Part shown: piece after piece, positions 28,691-38,248 of the stretch
Numbering within the stretch: the first letter of the stretch is position 1
How the letters are laid out: every line of letters starts with the position of its first letter
Notes under the pieces: model-generated
What the model was told of the DNA's origin: nothing
Database searches by the model: none
Seen by the model: only the letters and a program-made list of their open reading frames with translations
Assembly (NCBI GenBank): GCA_016182565.1
Contig: JACPGI010000004.1
Coordinates: 174,775 to 238,774 of the forward strand
DNA: 64,000 nt
Direction: 5' to 3'
Source: a candidate division WWE3 bacterium
GTDB taxonomy: Bacteria > Patescibacteriota > WWE3 > UBA101185 > UBA10185
Translations under genes and position numbers: made by a program

Positions 28691-30139
28691 TTATTTTTCC
28701 CCCATGGTTGGAAATTTAGTATGAAAATCTGTATGTTGTTGGTAAACGTAAGAAATTCCCAAAACTTTGTTTTCATCAAAATAATTGCCTATTAGTTGAA
28801 AACCTACAGGAAGACCTTGTGAAAAGCCACATGGCACAGTAACAGCGCAGAGCCCTGCAATAGAGCTTGGCTCTTGTAAAATATCAGCTAATTCACCAAA
28901 AAGTGGGGAGGCATCTGCAGCACCTAATTCCGGAGCAATACCTGGCATAGTGGGACCCAATATAACATCTACTTTTTTGTAGGCATTGTTAAAGTCTTCA
29001 AGGATTAAAGTTCTTACCTTTTGAGCTTTTGCATAGTACTGATCATAGTAACCGGCACTTAAAACATATGCCCCAAGCATCATTCTTTTTTTAGCCTCAA
29101 AACCAAACTGGGTTCTAGGACCTCCATATCTTATTCCATCAAGTCTTGCAAGATTTGAAGATACCTCTGATCTTTGTAAAATTGTATAAACTCCAATCGA
29201 ATACTTTGGATCAAGTAAATCTATTTCTACGATAGTTGCTCCCAGATCTTCTAATTTTTTGATCGCACCTTCAACTGATAATCTGACACCGTCTTCAAGC
29301 TCTAGGGTGAAATAAGATTTTGGAATTCCAATTTTCATACCTTTTATATTAAAGTCCAAAATTTGAGAAAAATAATCCGAAGGTTTTTCTGGTGAAGTTG
29401 TTGCATCAAATTCGTCTTTGCCAGCAATTAGCGACAAAACTTGGGCCGAATCCATTACACTTTTTGTAATCAATCCGGGAGAATCAGTTGATGAAGCCAT
29501 AGCTACAACACCATACCTACTCACTCTACCGTATGTTGGTTTAAGACCTGTAACTCCGCACCATACTGCAGGTCCTCTTATACTCCCAGCCGTCTCACTA
29601 CCAATTGCAAATATACACATATTTGAGGCTACAGCAACAGCTGATCCACCGGAGGATCCACCGGGGACTCTTGTTTTATCCCATGGATTTTTTGTAGGAA
29701 AAAAATCTGAGTTTTCAGTAGAGGAACCGTGAGCAAAGGCATCCATATTAGTCTTTCCAAGCATGATAGCACCGGCGTCTTTAAGTTTTTTTGTGACTGT
29801 TGATTCAAATGGTGGGATATAATTTTTTAGAATACTTGAACTGGCTGTTGTTTGTACTCCAAGTGTAGAAAAATTATCTTTACAGGCGTAAGGTATGCCT
29901 AAAAGCGGTTGGGTACTAAAAGCTCCAACTCCTTGGTTTTTTATTTTTTTATCTGCAAGTTCTGCCTCTTTTAATGCAGTTGCTTTTTGAAGATATATAA
30001 AGGCTTTCAGTTCCGGATCAAATCTTTCTATCTGCGAAAAGCAATCCTCAACAAGTTGAGTTGATGAAATTTCACCAGATTTGAGTTTTGTGATCGAATC
30101 TAAAAGTGTAAGGTAATTTGTGTTTTTCGTATTGTTCAT
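28691..30139 (-). CDS. gatA: Glu-tRNA(Gln) amidotransferase subunit A (amidase signature)
   Basis: Amidase signature GGSSGGSAVAVAS; 482 aa. Confidence 0.9.
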   Translation of the reverse strand: MNNTKNTNYLTLLDSITKLKSGEISSTQLVEDCFSQIERFDPELKAFIYLQKATALKEAELADKKIKNQGVGAFSTQPLLGIPYACKDNFSTLGVQTTASSSILKNYIPPFESTVTKKLKDAGAIMLGKTNMDAFAHGSSTENSDFFPTKNPWDKTRVPGGSSGGSAVAVASNMCIFAIGSETAGSIRGPAVWCGVTGLKPTYGRVSRYGVVAMASSTDSPGLITKSVMDSAQVLSLIAGKDEFDATTSPEKPSDYFSQILDFNIKGMKIGIPKSYFTLELEDGVRLSVEGAIKKLEDLGATIVEIDLLDPKYSIGVYTILQRSEVSSNLARLDGIRYGGPRTQFGFEAKKRMMLGAYVLSAGYYDQYYAKAQKVRTLILEDFNNAYKKVDVILGPTMPGIAPELGAADASPLFGELADILQEPSSIAGLCAVTVPCGFSQGLPVGFQLIGNYFDENKVLGISYVYQQHTDFHTKFPTMGEK

Positions 30140-30157
30140 ACTAAATCTTAGGTAGTG

Positions 30158-30457
30158 CTACTTCCTATCAAAAACAGCTTTTGTACCAAAGTAGTTATTT
30201 ATATTTTCTGAAGCATTGCTCAATGCCTGTTCAACACTTAAGGATTTAACACTGTCCCCATTCTGAAAAATATTTGTAAGTCCTGTTACTTGATAAGTTT
30301 CTTTTATTTTTGAGGTATCTAACTCCCCAAGCATATCCATATATTTTAAGGTATCTGTAAAAAATATTGAAAATTTGGAAATTTCCTCTTGGGTAAGAGT
30401 TAAATTACAAAGTTTTGCAACTTTTTGCACAGTTTCATGAGTAACAGCAGCTTGCAT
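30158..30457 (-). CDS. gatC: Asp/Glu-tRNA amidotransferase subunit C
   Basis: 99-aa GatC-like protein immediately upstream of gatA. Confidence 0.7.
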   Translation of the reverse strand: MQAAVTHETVQKVAKLCNLTLTQEEISKFSIFFTDTLKYMDMLGELDTSKIKETYQVTGLTNIFQNGDSVKSLSVEQALSNASENINNYFGTKAVFDRK

Positions 30458-30508
30458 AATCTTTGGTATTATAGGGCTTTAATACTGTAGGGGCAACGAT
30501 TAATTAAG

Positions 30509-31420
30509 CTACATCGATAAAAGTTTTTTTACTCTTTCTTGGACAGGTGGGTGGGTATTAAAAAGTGATGAAAAAAATCCGTCATGACCGCCTTTTAACG
30601 GATTTGCGATATAAAGATGGGCTGTTGCTCCGTTTGCAGCTTCTAATACCTCGGTATCACCGGAAATTTTTACCAAAGCGTCGGCCAAACCTTTGGGATA
30701 TCTTGTAAGCATAGCTGATGAAGCGTCAGCTAAGTATTCTCGGCGTCTACTTACAGCAAGCTTTATAAGGGTTGCGATAATTGGGCTTAAAATTACCAAG
30801 ATTAAACCAACTATCAAGATAATTCCGTTTAGTCCAGATTCAGAATTTGAACTACGTCGTCTATTTCCCCCATAAAAAATTCCTCTTGTAAACCAATCTG
30901 CCATCAGTGTAATAGTACCAACTAAAATACTTACAATAGACATAAGTAGTATGTCGTAATTTATAATATGGGAAAGTTCATGAGCAATTACACCCTCTAG
31001 TTCTCTTTTTTCTAGTTTTGAAAGGATTCCGGATGTAAAACAAATGACCGCATGCTGTGGATCTCTACCTGTAGCAAAGGCGTTTGGGGCGCTGTCCTCA
31101 ATAAGATAAATTTTTGGTTTTGTTACTAAACCTGCGGCGATGCACATGTTCTCAACCAAATGATAAAGTTCTGGATTATCATTAAAATCCACCTCTTTCG
31201 CCCCTGAAATTGCAAGAACTATCTTGTCAGAATTATAGTAAGATATAAAGCTGGAGATACCAGAAAAAACCATAGCAAGACCTATAAAAGAAACACCTGC
31301 GCCATCAAAGTAAAACTCACCAATAAACCAACCTATAAAACTAATTACAACCATAAAGCCAAACATAACAAATATGGTAGCTCTTTTATTTTCTGTTATA
31401 TGTGAATAAGTAGACTGCAT
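30509..31420 (-). CDS. htpX: M48 zinc metalloprotease HtpX
   Basis: HELSHI zincin motif within a TM topology typical of HtpX. Confidence 0.8.
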   Translation of the reverse strand: MQSTYSHITENKRATIFVMFGFMVVISFIGWFIGEFYFDGAGVSFIGLAMVFSGISSFISYYNSDKIVLAISGAKEVDFNDNPELYHLVENMCIAAGLVTKPKIYLIEDSAPNAFATGRDPQHAVICFTSGILSKLEKRELEGVIAHELSHIINYDILLMSIVSILVGTITLMADWFTRGIFYGGNRRRSSNSESGLNGIILIVGLILVILSPIIATLIKLAVSRRREYLADASSAMLTRYPKGLADALVKISGDTEVLEAANGATAHLYIANPLKGGHDGFFSSLFNTHPPVQERVKKLLSM

Positions 31421-31500
31421 ACAGTTATTATAGCTTACCTATAAAATAAGTCATTGCAATTTATCATCCTGTGTTCTAAAAACTATAGGAAAATGAAATT

Positions 31501-31749
31501 TTGATTGGAATTAAACAAATCTCTGGAAAACTTTTGATGAAGGAGCACAACATGGGCATAGTTGAACCGAAAATCATACTAATCTCACCTCTTTTGAGTC
31601 TGGAACAACATGATTTCTTGTTGGGACTGGTAGGTATCGATTTCAAATACATAAGGATGAATGACTACCGGGCCAAACTTTCTTATCCTCCTGCATATCA
31701 TGACCGGGTTTTAAAAAAACTTGAGGAATGGCAAATAAAACTAATTTAG
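31501..31749 (+). CDS. hypothetical small protein
   Basis: An AGGAG lies 7 nt upstream of the internal Met MGIVEPK, so the true start may be at about 31552. Confidence 0.3.
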   Translation: MIGIKQISGKLLMKEHNMGIVEPKIILISPLLSLEQHDFLLGLVGIDFKYIRMNDYRAKLSYPPAYHDRVLKKLEEWQIKLI

Positions 31750-31760
31750 TTTGAAACATA

Positions 31761-31799
31761 AAAGCGCTGAATTTCTCTCCAGCGCTTTTTTGCTTTTTT
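31761..31799. terminator. intrinsic terminator hairpin AAAGCGCTG-N10-CAGCGCTTT followed by TTTTGCTTTTTTG
   Basis: 9-bp stem plus a T-tract, lying between the convergent 31501..31749(+) and lemA(-). Confidence 0.6.
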
Positions 31800-31837
31800 G
31801 TTCAATATTTAAAACTCACAAAAAATACATAAGAAAG

Positions 31838-32389
31838 CTAAAATGTAACTTTTGGAGCCACCTTAGAGACTTCTTCAGCTTCAAAAAATTTCTCATCACT
31901 AAATCCAAACATGTTTGCAACAAAACTGTTTGGGAAAGTTACAAGCATAGTATTGTAATCACGAACTACAGTATTGAAGAATTGTCTTGAATAAGAAACT
32001 TTATCTTCTGTATCACTCAACTCTTTTTGTAAATTGATAAATCCCTCTTGAGCTTTAAGTTCAGGATAGGCCTCGGCTACAGCAAAAAGACTTTTTAATG
32101 CGCCTGAAAGCATATTATCTGCTTTTCCAGTTGCTTCTACACCTGTTGCACCCATTAACGCCGCTCTTGCCTTAGTAACATTTTCGAATACCTCTTTTTC
32201 ATGAGCAGCGTAGCCTTTTACTGATTCTACAATATTTGGGATTAAATCAATTCTTCTTTTTAACTGGACATCTATTTGACTCCATGCCTCTTTGATTCGT
32301 ACTTTCATTGTGGCAAGAGTGTTGTAGACATATAAGAAATAGAAAGCCAAACATATAACAAGCACAAAAAGTATTGTAGTTATTTGCAT
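31838..32389 (-). CDS. lemA: LemA-family membrane protein
   Basis: N-terminal TM helix and the LemA-conserved core AWSQIDVQLKRRIDLIPN. Confidence 0.8.
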   Translation of the reverse strand: MQITTILFVLVICLAFYFLYVYNTLATMKVRIKEAWSQIDVQLKRRIDLIPNIVESVKGYAAHEKEVFENVTKARAALMGATGVEATGKADNMLSGALKSLFAVAEAYPELKAQEGFINLQKELSDTEDKVSYSRQFFNTVVRDYNTMLVTFPNSFVANMFGFSDEKFFEAEEVSKVAPKVTF

Positions 32390-32453
32390 AAATCTCCTGT
32401 TAAGTAATTAACTGTGGTAATTATACTAAATATTCGGGTATAAAAGAAATTTA

Positions 32454-32475
32454 CCCCGCTCGAAGATAAGCGGGG
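32454..32475 (-). terminator. hairpin CCCCGCT-N8-AGCGGGG with T-run on minus strand, downstream of 32495..32872
   Basis: 7-bp GC-rich stem; on the minus strand TAAATTTCTTTTAT follows. Confidence 0.5.
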
Positions 32476-32494
32476 CAAAAGTTTGGAAGCAATC

Positions 32495-32872
32495 TTACAC
32501 AAATGAGAATGATTTTTTGCTCGGACTGACAATACGAATCTTAAGCTTCGCCTCAATGTTCTCCAGTTTGGCTAAAATCAATTTGCGCAACTCTAATGGA
32601 ATATCATTAGAGTATATTTCGATTACGAACTGATCCGGCATCTGTAAAGATTCAGCAATCTTCAATAACAACTGTTTACCAACCGGTAGATTGAAAACCC
32701 ATTGAAAAAGCTGGATTCTCCAAAAACTCTGGTGTTCAATGGTTATCCAACGATCTGGAATTGCTCTGTGTCCATTGAGATAGACAGAAATCTCTGGATA
32801 TTCTTTGAATGCATTTTCGATGGCTTCATGAAGATCACACACACCGACAGTTCTTTTTTTCTTCTTGTTCAT
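32495..32872 (-). CDS. hypothetical protein
   Basis: 125 aa; no recognised motif; somewhat higher GC. Confidence 0.4.
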   Translation of the reverse strand: MNKKKKRTVGVCDLHEAIENAFKEYPEISVYLNGHRAIPDRWITIEHQSFWRIQLFQWVFNLPVGKQLLLKIAESLQMPDQFVIEIYSNDIPLELRKLILAKLENIEAKLKIRIVSPSKKSFSFV

Positions 32873-32936
32873 GATTTCTCCTCGAGTTGACTATTTATGA
32901 AATGAAGTAGATTTGCTTAGCCTATTTACTTTTATA

Positions 32937-34676
32937 CTAATGTAAGATGTTTTGCAATTCTTTATATGTCAGTGTATTTAAAACCTCTTTTTTTGTGCAC
33001 CATCCACGCCTCGCAACATCAATTCCACTTTTCATATATAAAAGGTCGGTTACAGAATGAGCATCAGATCCTATCATCATAGGTATTCCCATTTTGATTG
33101 CGTCATATACAAGATGATCTGGTAAATCAAGCCTTGATGGCTGACCGTTTATTTCAAGTATCTTTTTATTCTTTAATGCTGCTTCAAATACTTTTGTCCA
33201 ATCAAGATCCAGTGCTTCACGCTGGTTTATAGTTCTTCCGGATGGATGACCAAGAATTGTTACATATGGGTTTTCTAGAGCTGCAATTGTTCTTTTTGTA
33301 ACTTCCTCACGTGGCATATCAAATGAGGTATGGATTGATGCAATCACATAGTCAAGTTTTTTAAGAAGCTCATCAGGCATCGCAAGTGTTGCATCTTTTA
33401 AGATGTTTACTTCATATCCAAACAAAACTTTTATCTTCTTCTGAGATGAGTTTATTTTCTCTATCTCCTCACGTCTTTTTTGCATAATTTGTTCTACCTC
33501 TTTAATCCCACGATTTATAACACTTGGGGCGTGATCTGCTATACCTATAAATTCGTAACCCAGCTCAATTGCCGCCTCAACCATCTCATTTAAAGTGTTA
33601 ACTCCATCAGATGCTGTTGTATGGACATGTAAGTCGCCTTTTATATCAGATACTTTCACAAGCTCTGGAAGTGCATTAAGTGCTGCTAGCTCTATCTCGT
33701 CTTTGCCTTCGCGTAATTCCGGTGGCACAAAGCTAAGTCCCATAAATCCATAAAACTTTTTTTCATCTTCAAATTTTTTTAATTTATTACCTTGTTTAAT
33801 ACCGTATTGAGAAAGTGACAACCCAAGGTCAAGTGCATGTTGGCGAAGTCTTATGTTGTGTTGTTTGGAACCAGTGAAATGTTGCAACAGCGATCCATAA
33901 GAATCTATGTCGGATACGAGTACATCAATTTGAGTATCATTTGTCAGAATAACAGTGGACATACGGTCTCCTTTTGATTCAACATTTTTTATCTCTGGAT
34001 ATGTTATGAAGTGTTCTATAACTTTTTCTGGGTTCTTTGACGAAACTGCTATATCAAGATCTCCCACAGTTGCAGCGCGTCTTCTTAGAGAACCCAATGA
34101 AATTGCCTCATTAACTTCTGGGATCTGTTTTAAATAAGAGATAATTCTGGATGAAATATCTTCAGCTTGGGAAAGAAGCATTCTTTGCTTTTCTTGTTTA
34201 CTTTTTTTAAGTTGATCAACGGAATCTAAAATATCTTTTTCAGATTTTGGACCAAAACCAGGAAGTTTTTGAATAAGTCCTTTTTTGGCGGCTTCTTTGA
34301 TTTTTTCCAATGCATCAATTCGGCTTAAAATATTAAATTCCTTTGAAAGTTTAAAAGCAGTTTTAGCCCCAACTCCCCTTAATACAAGTAGAGCAAACAT
34401 ACCATCTGGTAAATCTTTTTTCTTATTTTCCCATTCGGTGGCTTTTCCGGTTTTAAATAATTCAGATAAATGTTGGACTAAAGCTGCTCCAACACCACTT
34501 ATTTCACCCAAACGATCATTTTCCCAAAGATCATAAACACTCATGGTCAAGCCTTCTATCGAGGAAATAGCGTTTTGGTAAGCCCGGATACCAAACTTGT
34601 TATCGCCTTTTATTTCCATGGCTGCCACAGCCTCTTTTAACATCACAAGAACTTCTTTGTTTGAAAATCTTGGCAT
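32937..34676 (-). CDS. polX: family X DNA polymerase with C-terminal PHP phosphoesterase domain (PolX)
   Basis: Pol-beta-like HhH/fingers and palm at the N-terminus; C-terminal PHP histidines (HVHT..SDG, DAH). Confidence 0.8.
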   Translation of the reverse strand: MPRFSNKEVLVMLKEAVAAMEIKGDNKFGIRAYQNAISSIEGLTMSVYDLWENDRLGEISGVGAALVQHLSELFKTGKATEWENKKKDLPDGMFALLVLRGVGAKTAFKLSKEFNILSRIDALEKIKEAAKKGLIQKLPGFGPKSEKDILDSVDQLKKSKQEKQRMLLSQAEDISSRIISYLKQIPEVNEAISLGSLRRRAATVGDLDIAVSSKNPEKVIEHFITYPEIKNVESKGDRMSTVILTNDTQIDVLVSDIDSYGSLLQHFTGSKQHNIRLRQHALDLGLSLSQYGIKQGNKLKKFEDEKKFYGFMGLSFVPPELREGKDEIELAALNALPELVKVSDIKGDLHVHTTASDGVNTLNEMVEAAIELGYEFIGIADHAPSVINRGIKEVEQIMQKRREEIEKINSSQKKIKVLFGYEVNILKDATLAMPDELLKKLDYVIASIHTSFDMPREEVTKRTIAALENPYVTILGHPSGRTINQREALDLDWTKVFEAALKNKKILEINGQPSRLDLPDHLVYDAIKMGIPMMIGSDAHSVTDLLYMKSGIDVARRGWCTKKEVLNTLTYKELQNILH

Positions 34677-34785
34677 AACCTTATTGTAATGTATTTTTTG
34701 GCTATATGTGAAATACCCATGTTTAGGCGTAATTTCATTGACGCACCAGTCTTGATAACCTAAAATACCCTCGCTTCCACATTTG

Positions 34786-34863
<78 letters not shown>

Positions 34864-34966
34864 TAAAATGGATAAGTTACATGGCTGCCTTAACGCTATC
34901 CTTAAAAAAATAAAGAGGCTTAAAACCTCACATTAATAATACAAGGAGGTGAATTGTTAAGGTTAA

Positions 34967-35473
34967 ATGAATAAACTATTAGACTATCTTAGAAAAATTG
35001 ATTTCAAAGAAGAAAAAGTAAAAGATTTTATAGCGGGCGCTTTGGCGTTGTTTTTTTTGATTTCAGCAGGATTTATCGCAATGGATAAATTTGATAAATC
35101 GAATAAGGATGTACTACCGCTTGGTAAAGGTGGCACAAATGGGGAGATTGTGACCAACGATGAAAACAACAAAGGTACTACAACAAGAGACACAAAAACT
35201 CAGGGCTTGGAAAATGGTGGGGAAGGTGAAACTGCTATGGTTGAGGGGGCAGCAAGTACAAGATGGGTCGCAAACGACTATGTAAAAGGCGATATTAAAA
35301 ACGGTGATTACAAAGTAGTATCTGGCGATACTCTTTGGGAAATTGCAGAAGCAGTTTATGGAGATGGCACACAATGGACAAAAATACTAGAAGCAAATTC
35401 TAAAGATATAGGTTTTTTGCCTAACGGTTCACAGGCGTTGATAACAGTAGGACAGGTTTTGCAAATACCGTAA
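34967..35473 (+). CDS. LysM-domain membrane-anchored protein
   Basis: C-terminal LysM: YKVVSGDTLWEIAEAVYGDGTQWTKILEAN. Confidence 0.7.
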   Translation: MNKLLDYLRKIDFKEEKVKDFIAGALALFFLISAGFIAMDKFDKSNKDVLPLGKGGTNGEIVTNDENNKGTTTRDTKTQGLENGGEGETAMVEGAASTRWVANDYVKGDIKNGDYKVVSGDTLWEIAEAVYGDGTQWTKILEANSKDIGFLPNGSQALITVGQVLQIP

Positions 35474-35592
35474 GTTGAAATAGAAACCACATTAGTTACT
35501 GTCTGGCGGCAGTTCGGGTGGTACTATTTACATGTTTGGTATAGTTATATAAACCAATAGAGAGTTTGAGTTGTAGTTTGGTTTGCGGGCTG

Positions 35593-35667
35593 GCGGGTGT
35601 GGCTCAGTGGTAGAGTGTCTCCTTCCCAAGGAGAAGATCGCGGGTTCGAGTCCCGTCACCCGCTCCA
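35593..35667 (+). tRNA. tRNA-Gly (CCC)
   Basis: Cloverleaf folded by hand; anticodon loop UUCCCAA; CCA encoded. Confidence 0.8.
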
Positions 35668-35692
35668 AAAATTGAACTTAATTCAATATCAT

Positions 35693-36235
35693 ATGAAACA
35701 TAAAATTTTAGTTTTAGCATATCCAGGCTCAGGTAAAACTTATCTAGCAGATCATTACAAGAATATAAGTGATTTTGAATTCCAGCACTATAGATATGAT
35801 TATGGGGAACTTAAACACTTGCCACTCGAACAGCTAAAAGGCAGAACAGAGATTAGAACAAACAATCCAGATTGGCCACACAACTTCTTTAAAGCATTGG
35901 ATGGTGAACTTAAAAAAGGAAGGATTGTATTAGTCCCATTTGCAACATCATTACTAAAAATACTAAATCACCTTGAAACTTCTAGTGGAACTAGAATTAT
36001 ATTTGCAATACAAAATAAAGATTTCTTTGAACAATTAGCAGAAAATTTTAGAAATAGAGGAAATAGCGATGAATTTATAGAAAGACGTAGAAACGATTTT
36101 CAAAAATGTCATGAAATAATTGCGAATTCAAAATTTGAAAAAGTATATATCAGCAATAATGAGTTTTTAGAGGACGCATTGTCAAGGATCGGAGTTAAAT
36201 TCGAAGAAGGACAAGGTTTGAAAAATTATGTTTAG
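35693..36235 (+). CDS. P-loop NTPase/kinase-like protein
   Basis: The track start overlaps tRNA-Gly, so the start was moved to MKHKILVLAYPGSGKTYLA (Walker A). Confidence 0.5.
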   Translation: MKHKILVLAYPGSGKTYLADHYKNISDFEFQHYRYDYGELKHLPLEQLKGRTEIRTNNPDWPHNFFKALDGELKKGRIVLVPFATSLLKILNHLETSSGTRIIFAIQNKDFFEQLAENFRNRGNSDEFIERRRNDFQKCHEIIANSKFEKVYISNNEFLEDALSRIGVKFEEGQGLKNYV

Positions 36236-36303
36236 TATCTAATAGCCTGGAGAATATAGTTTGCTTAGGAGTTTTCAGACTCAAATAGTGTTCTAAAACT
36301 AAA

Positions 36304-37116
36304 ATGTATCAAACGGTTAAACTCACAAACCAGATAAAACTTAATGATCTACAAAAGAAAGTAATATCAGATGTAGCTTACGACCTTAATTTAATAAAAA
36401 CCAAAGTTAATTTTCTTGATGATATAGTAGTGCGTGCGGGCTTTGTTGCAGATACTTTATTTAACGTGGAACCACACGACATAGATGCTTATTACACAAC
36501 AAAAGAGCAAATCGGAGTAAAATTTCAAAAGTGTCGCTGCGATGAAATAAGAAACTTAATAAAAGATTGTAACTTTAAATTAATGAATACAAAATATGAG
36601 CTAGATTTGGGGCATTCTGGCGAGGGAGAATTATATATCCCGCCGGTAGCAAAAATGACTGGATTTTTTTCACATTTATGGGAAGTTGCAAACATGGTCT
36701 GCATTGATAGCAACGCAGATGTATGGGGAAATAAAGAAGCGTTTGATTGTATTACAAACCGCATACATGAAATAAGATTTGATGGCTGGTTATACTACCC
36801 TTATTTTATAAGAGAATTTCCTCATGTAGATTATTACTACTATTACGCTAATAATTGCCTACGTGGACTACGCACCATATTTATTAAAAAATACACCGGA
36901 ATTGGACCAAACTATAAAATGCTACTTGAAAATGCAAAACTTATTCTAGATTATGTTGTAACTGTACCTGAGTATAAAGAAGAATATAGAAACTACCACA
37001 AGAAGAAAATGTACAATATGAGTTTAGATGATTTGAAACTAGCACTAAAGGTAACAAAAGTTAACAATCAAGACTATTTATTAGAGAAGTTTGCGGAAAT
37101 ACTTTTTAACGACTAG
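36304..37116 (+). CDS. hypothetical protein with pol-beta-superfamily nucleotidyltransferase-like motif
   Basis: AGFVADTLFNVEPHDID resembles the hG[GS]x9-13DhD NTase signature. Confidence 0.35.
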   Translation: MYQTVKLTNQIKLNDLQKKVISDVAYDLNLIKTKVNFLDDIVVRAGFVADTLFNVEPHDIDAYYTTKEQIGVKFQKCRCDEIRNLIKDCNFKLMNTKYELDLGHSGEGELYIPPVAKMTGFFSHLWEVANMVCIDSNADVWGNKEAFDCITNRIHEIRFDGWLYYPYFIREFPHVDYYYYYANNCLRGLRTIFIKKYTGIGPNYKMLLENAKLILDYVVTVPEYKEEYRNYHKKKMYNMSLDDLKLALKVTKVNNQDYLLEKFAEILFND

Positions 37117-37186
37117 AGTCGTTTGTAAAAATGGGAATTAGCCTGTTAGTTCTAACTCCCATTTTAGTAAAACGAATCTTTGCGAC

Positions 37187-38248
37187 TTAAAATGTCACGT
37201 CATATCTTCTACCATCGCCCAACATAGGAAACTTTTTCAGAAGTGTTGCCCACTCTTGGGGGTTTGCTGTTAGTGCTCTTTTTAAGTCCGCTATAGTACA
37301 CTTATCACCATGTGATAGATATACACGAGGTGATAGCCAAATACGACTTGACCAATTTCTGACTATCTCAGCCAATGTTCCACGCGGATCACTGTAGTCA
37401 CGCACAAGAAGTGCTGGCTTAACTAGCAAACGACTGGAAAGGTAGTATGAAGATTTTCCGGATACTCTACCCCCAAGTTTAAACGTAGCCTCCCATAGAG
37501 TCAGACTATCCCAATTTTCTTTCCAAGGAAAACCGCCCTTACATCCCGAAGGACTTGGACTTCTATCACTTTTCGCTACAATAATCCCATCTTTTTGTCG
37601 ACGAATTGCGTGATACACTGTTTCTTGCATCTGATGACTACAAACCGGACATGGAAACTTCAAAATTACACCCCCATCAGGTACTGCCTTAGTTAGACTT
37701 GATACCCTCATTCCTGCAAACTGGGATTCAAAAATACGAACTTGGTAACCAAAAACTCTGATCAAATTCCCAAAACCCAAATAGGGAATCATCAAAAGCC
37801 ACATACCGATGACCGTAAACCAACGTCCAAGTACAGCCCAGTAAACTCCACTAGATATTGGTGCAAATTTTGGTGATATGCGGTCCATAATCCCAGTCTT
37901 TTGATAAAATCTGAGCCAAAATTTATTTGCACTGGGGGAAATTTTCCAAAGTTTTCCGTATTCGTCATGAGTTCCGCCACAACCAACTTCGGTAACTACT
38001 CGCACTAGTGGGCTTGTATGAATAAGTGCAACAAGAGACACAAATGCTTCTTCGACACGGAAGTTTGGAACAGGTGAGCTTGCATCACTTACCAAAAGCC
38101 TTCCAAACAATGGGATTTTTCGGGCATTTAAACGCTTTCCCCAACGAGCAAGGTACACTGGGACTGCTTCAAGAATACCGCCTGAAACCACCGTAGAGCT
38201 TGTAACTTTTACCATTCTTCTCTCCTTTGTTTGATATAAAAAGCTCAA
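37187..38248 (-). CDS. hypothetical protein, GC-rich relative to surroundings; last gene of PIG-L/GT4 operon
   Basis: The track start is a TTG. A likely internal ATG start MVKVTSS lies about 33 nt downstream. No confident family assignment. Confidence 0.45.
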   Translation of the reverse strand: MSFLYQTKERRMVKVTSSTVVSGGILEAVPVYLARWGKRLNARKIPLFGRLLVSDASSPVPNFRVEEAFVSLVALIHTSPLVRVVTEVGCGGTHDEYGKLWKISPSANKFWLRFYQKTGIMDRISPKFAPISSGVYWAVLGRWFTVIGMWLLMIPYLGFGNLIRVFGYQVRIFESQFAGMRVSSLTKAVPDGGVILKFPCPVCSHQMQETVYHAIRRQKDGIIVAKSDRSPSPSGCKGGFPWKENWDSLTLWEATFKLGGRVSGKSSYYLSSRLLVKPALLVRDYSDPRGTLAEIVRNWSSRIWLSPRVYLSHGDKCTIADLKRALTANPQEWATLLKKFPMLGDGRRYDVTF

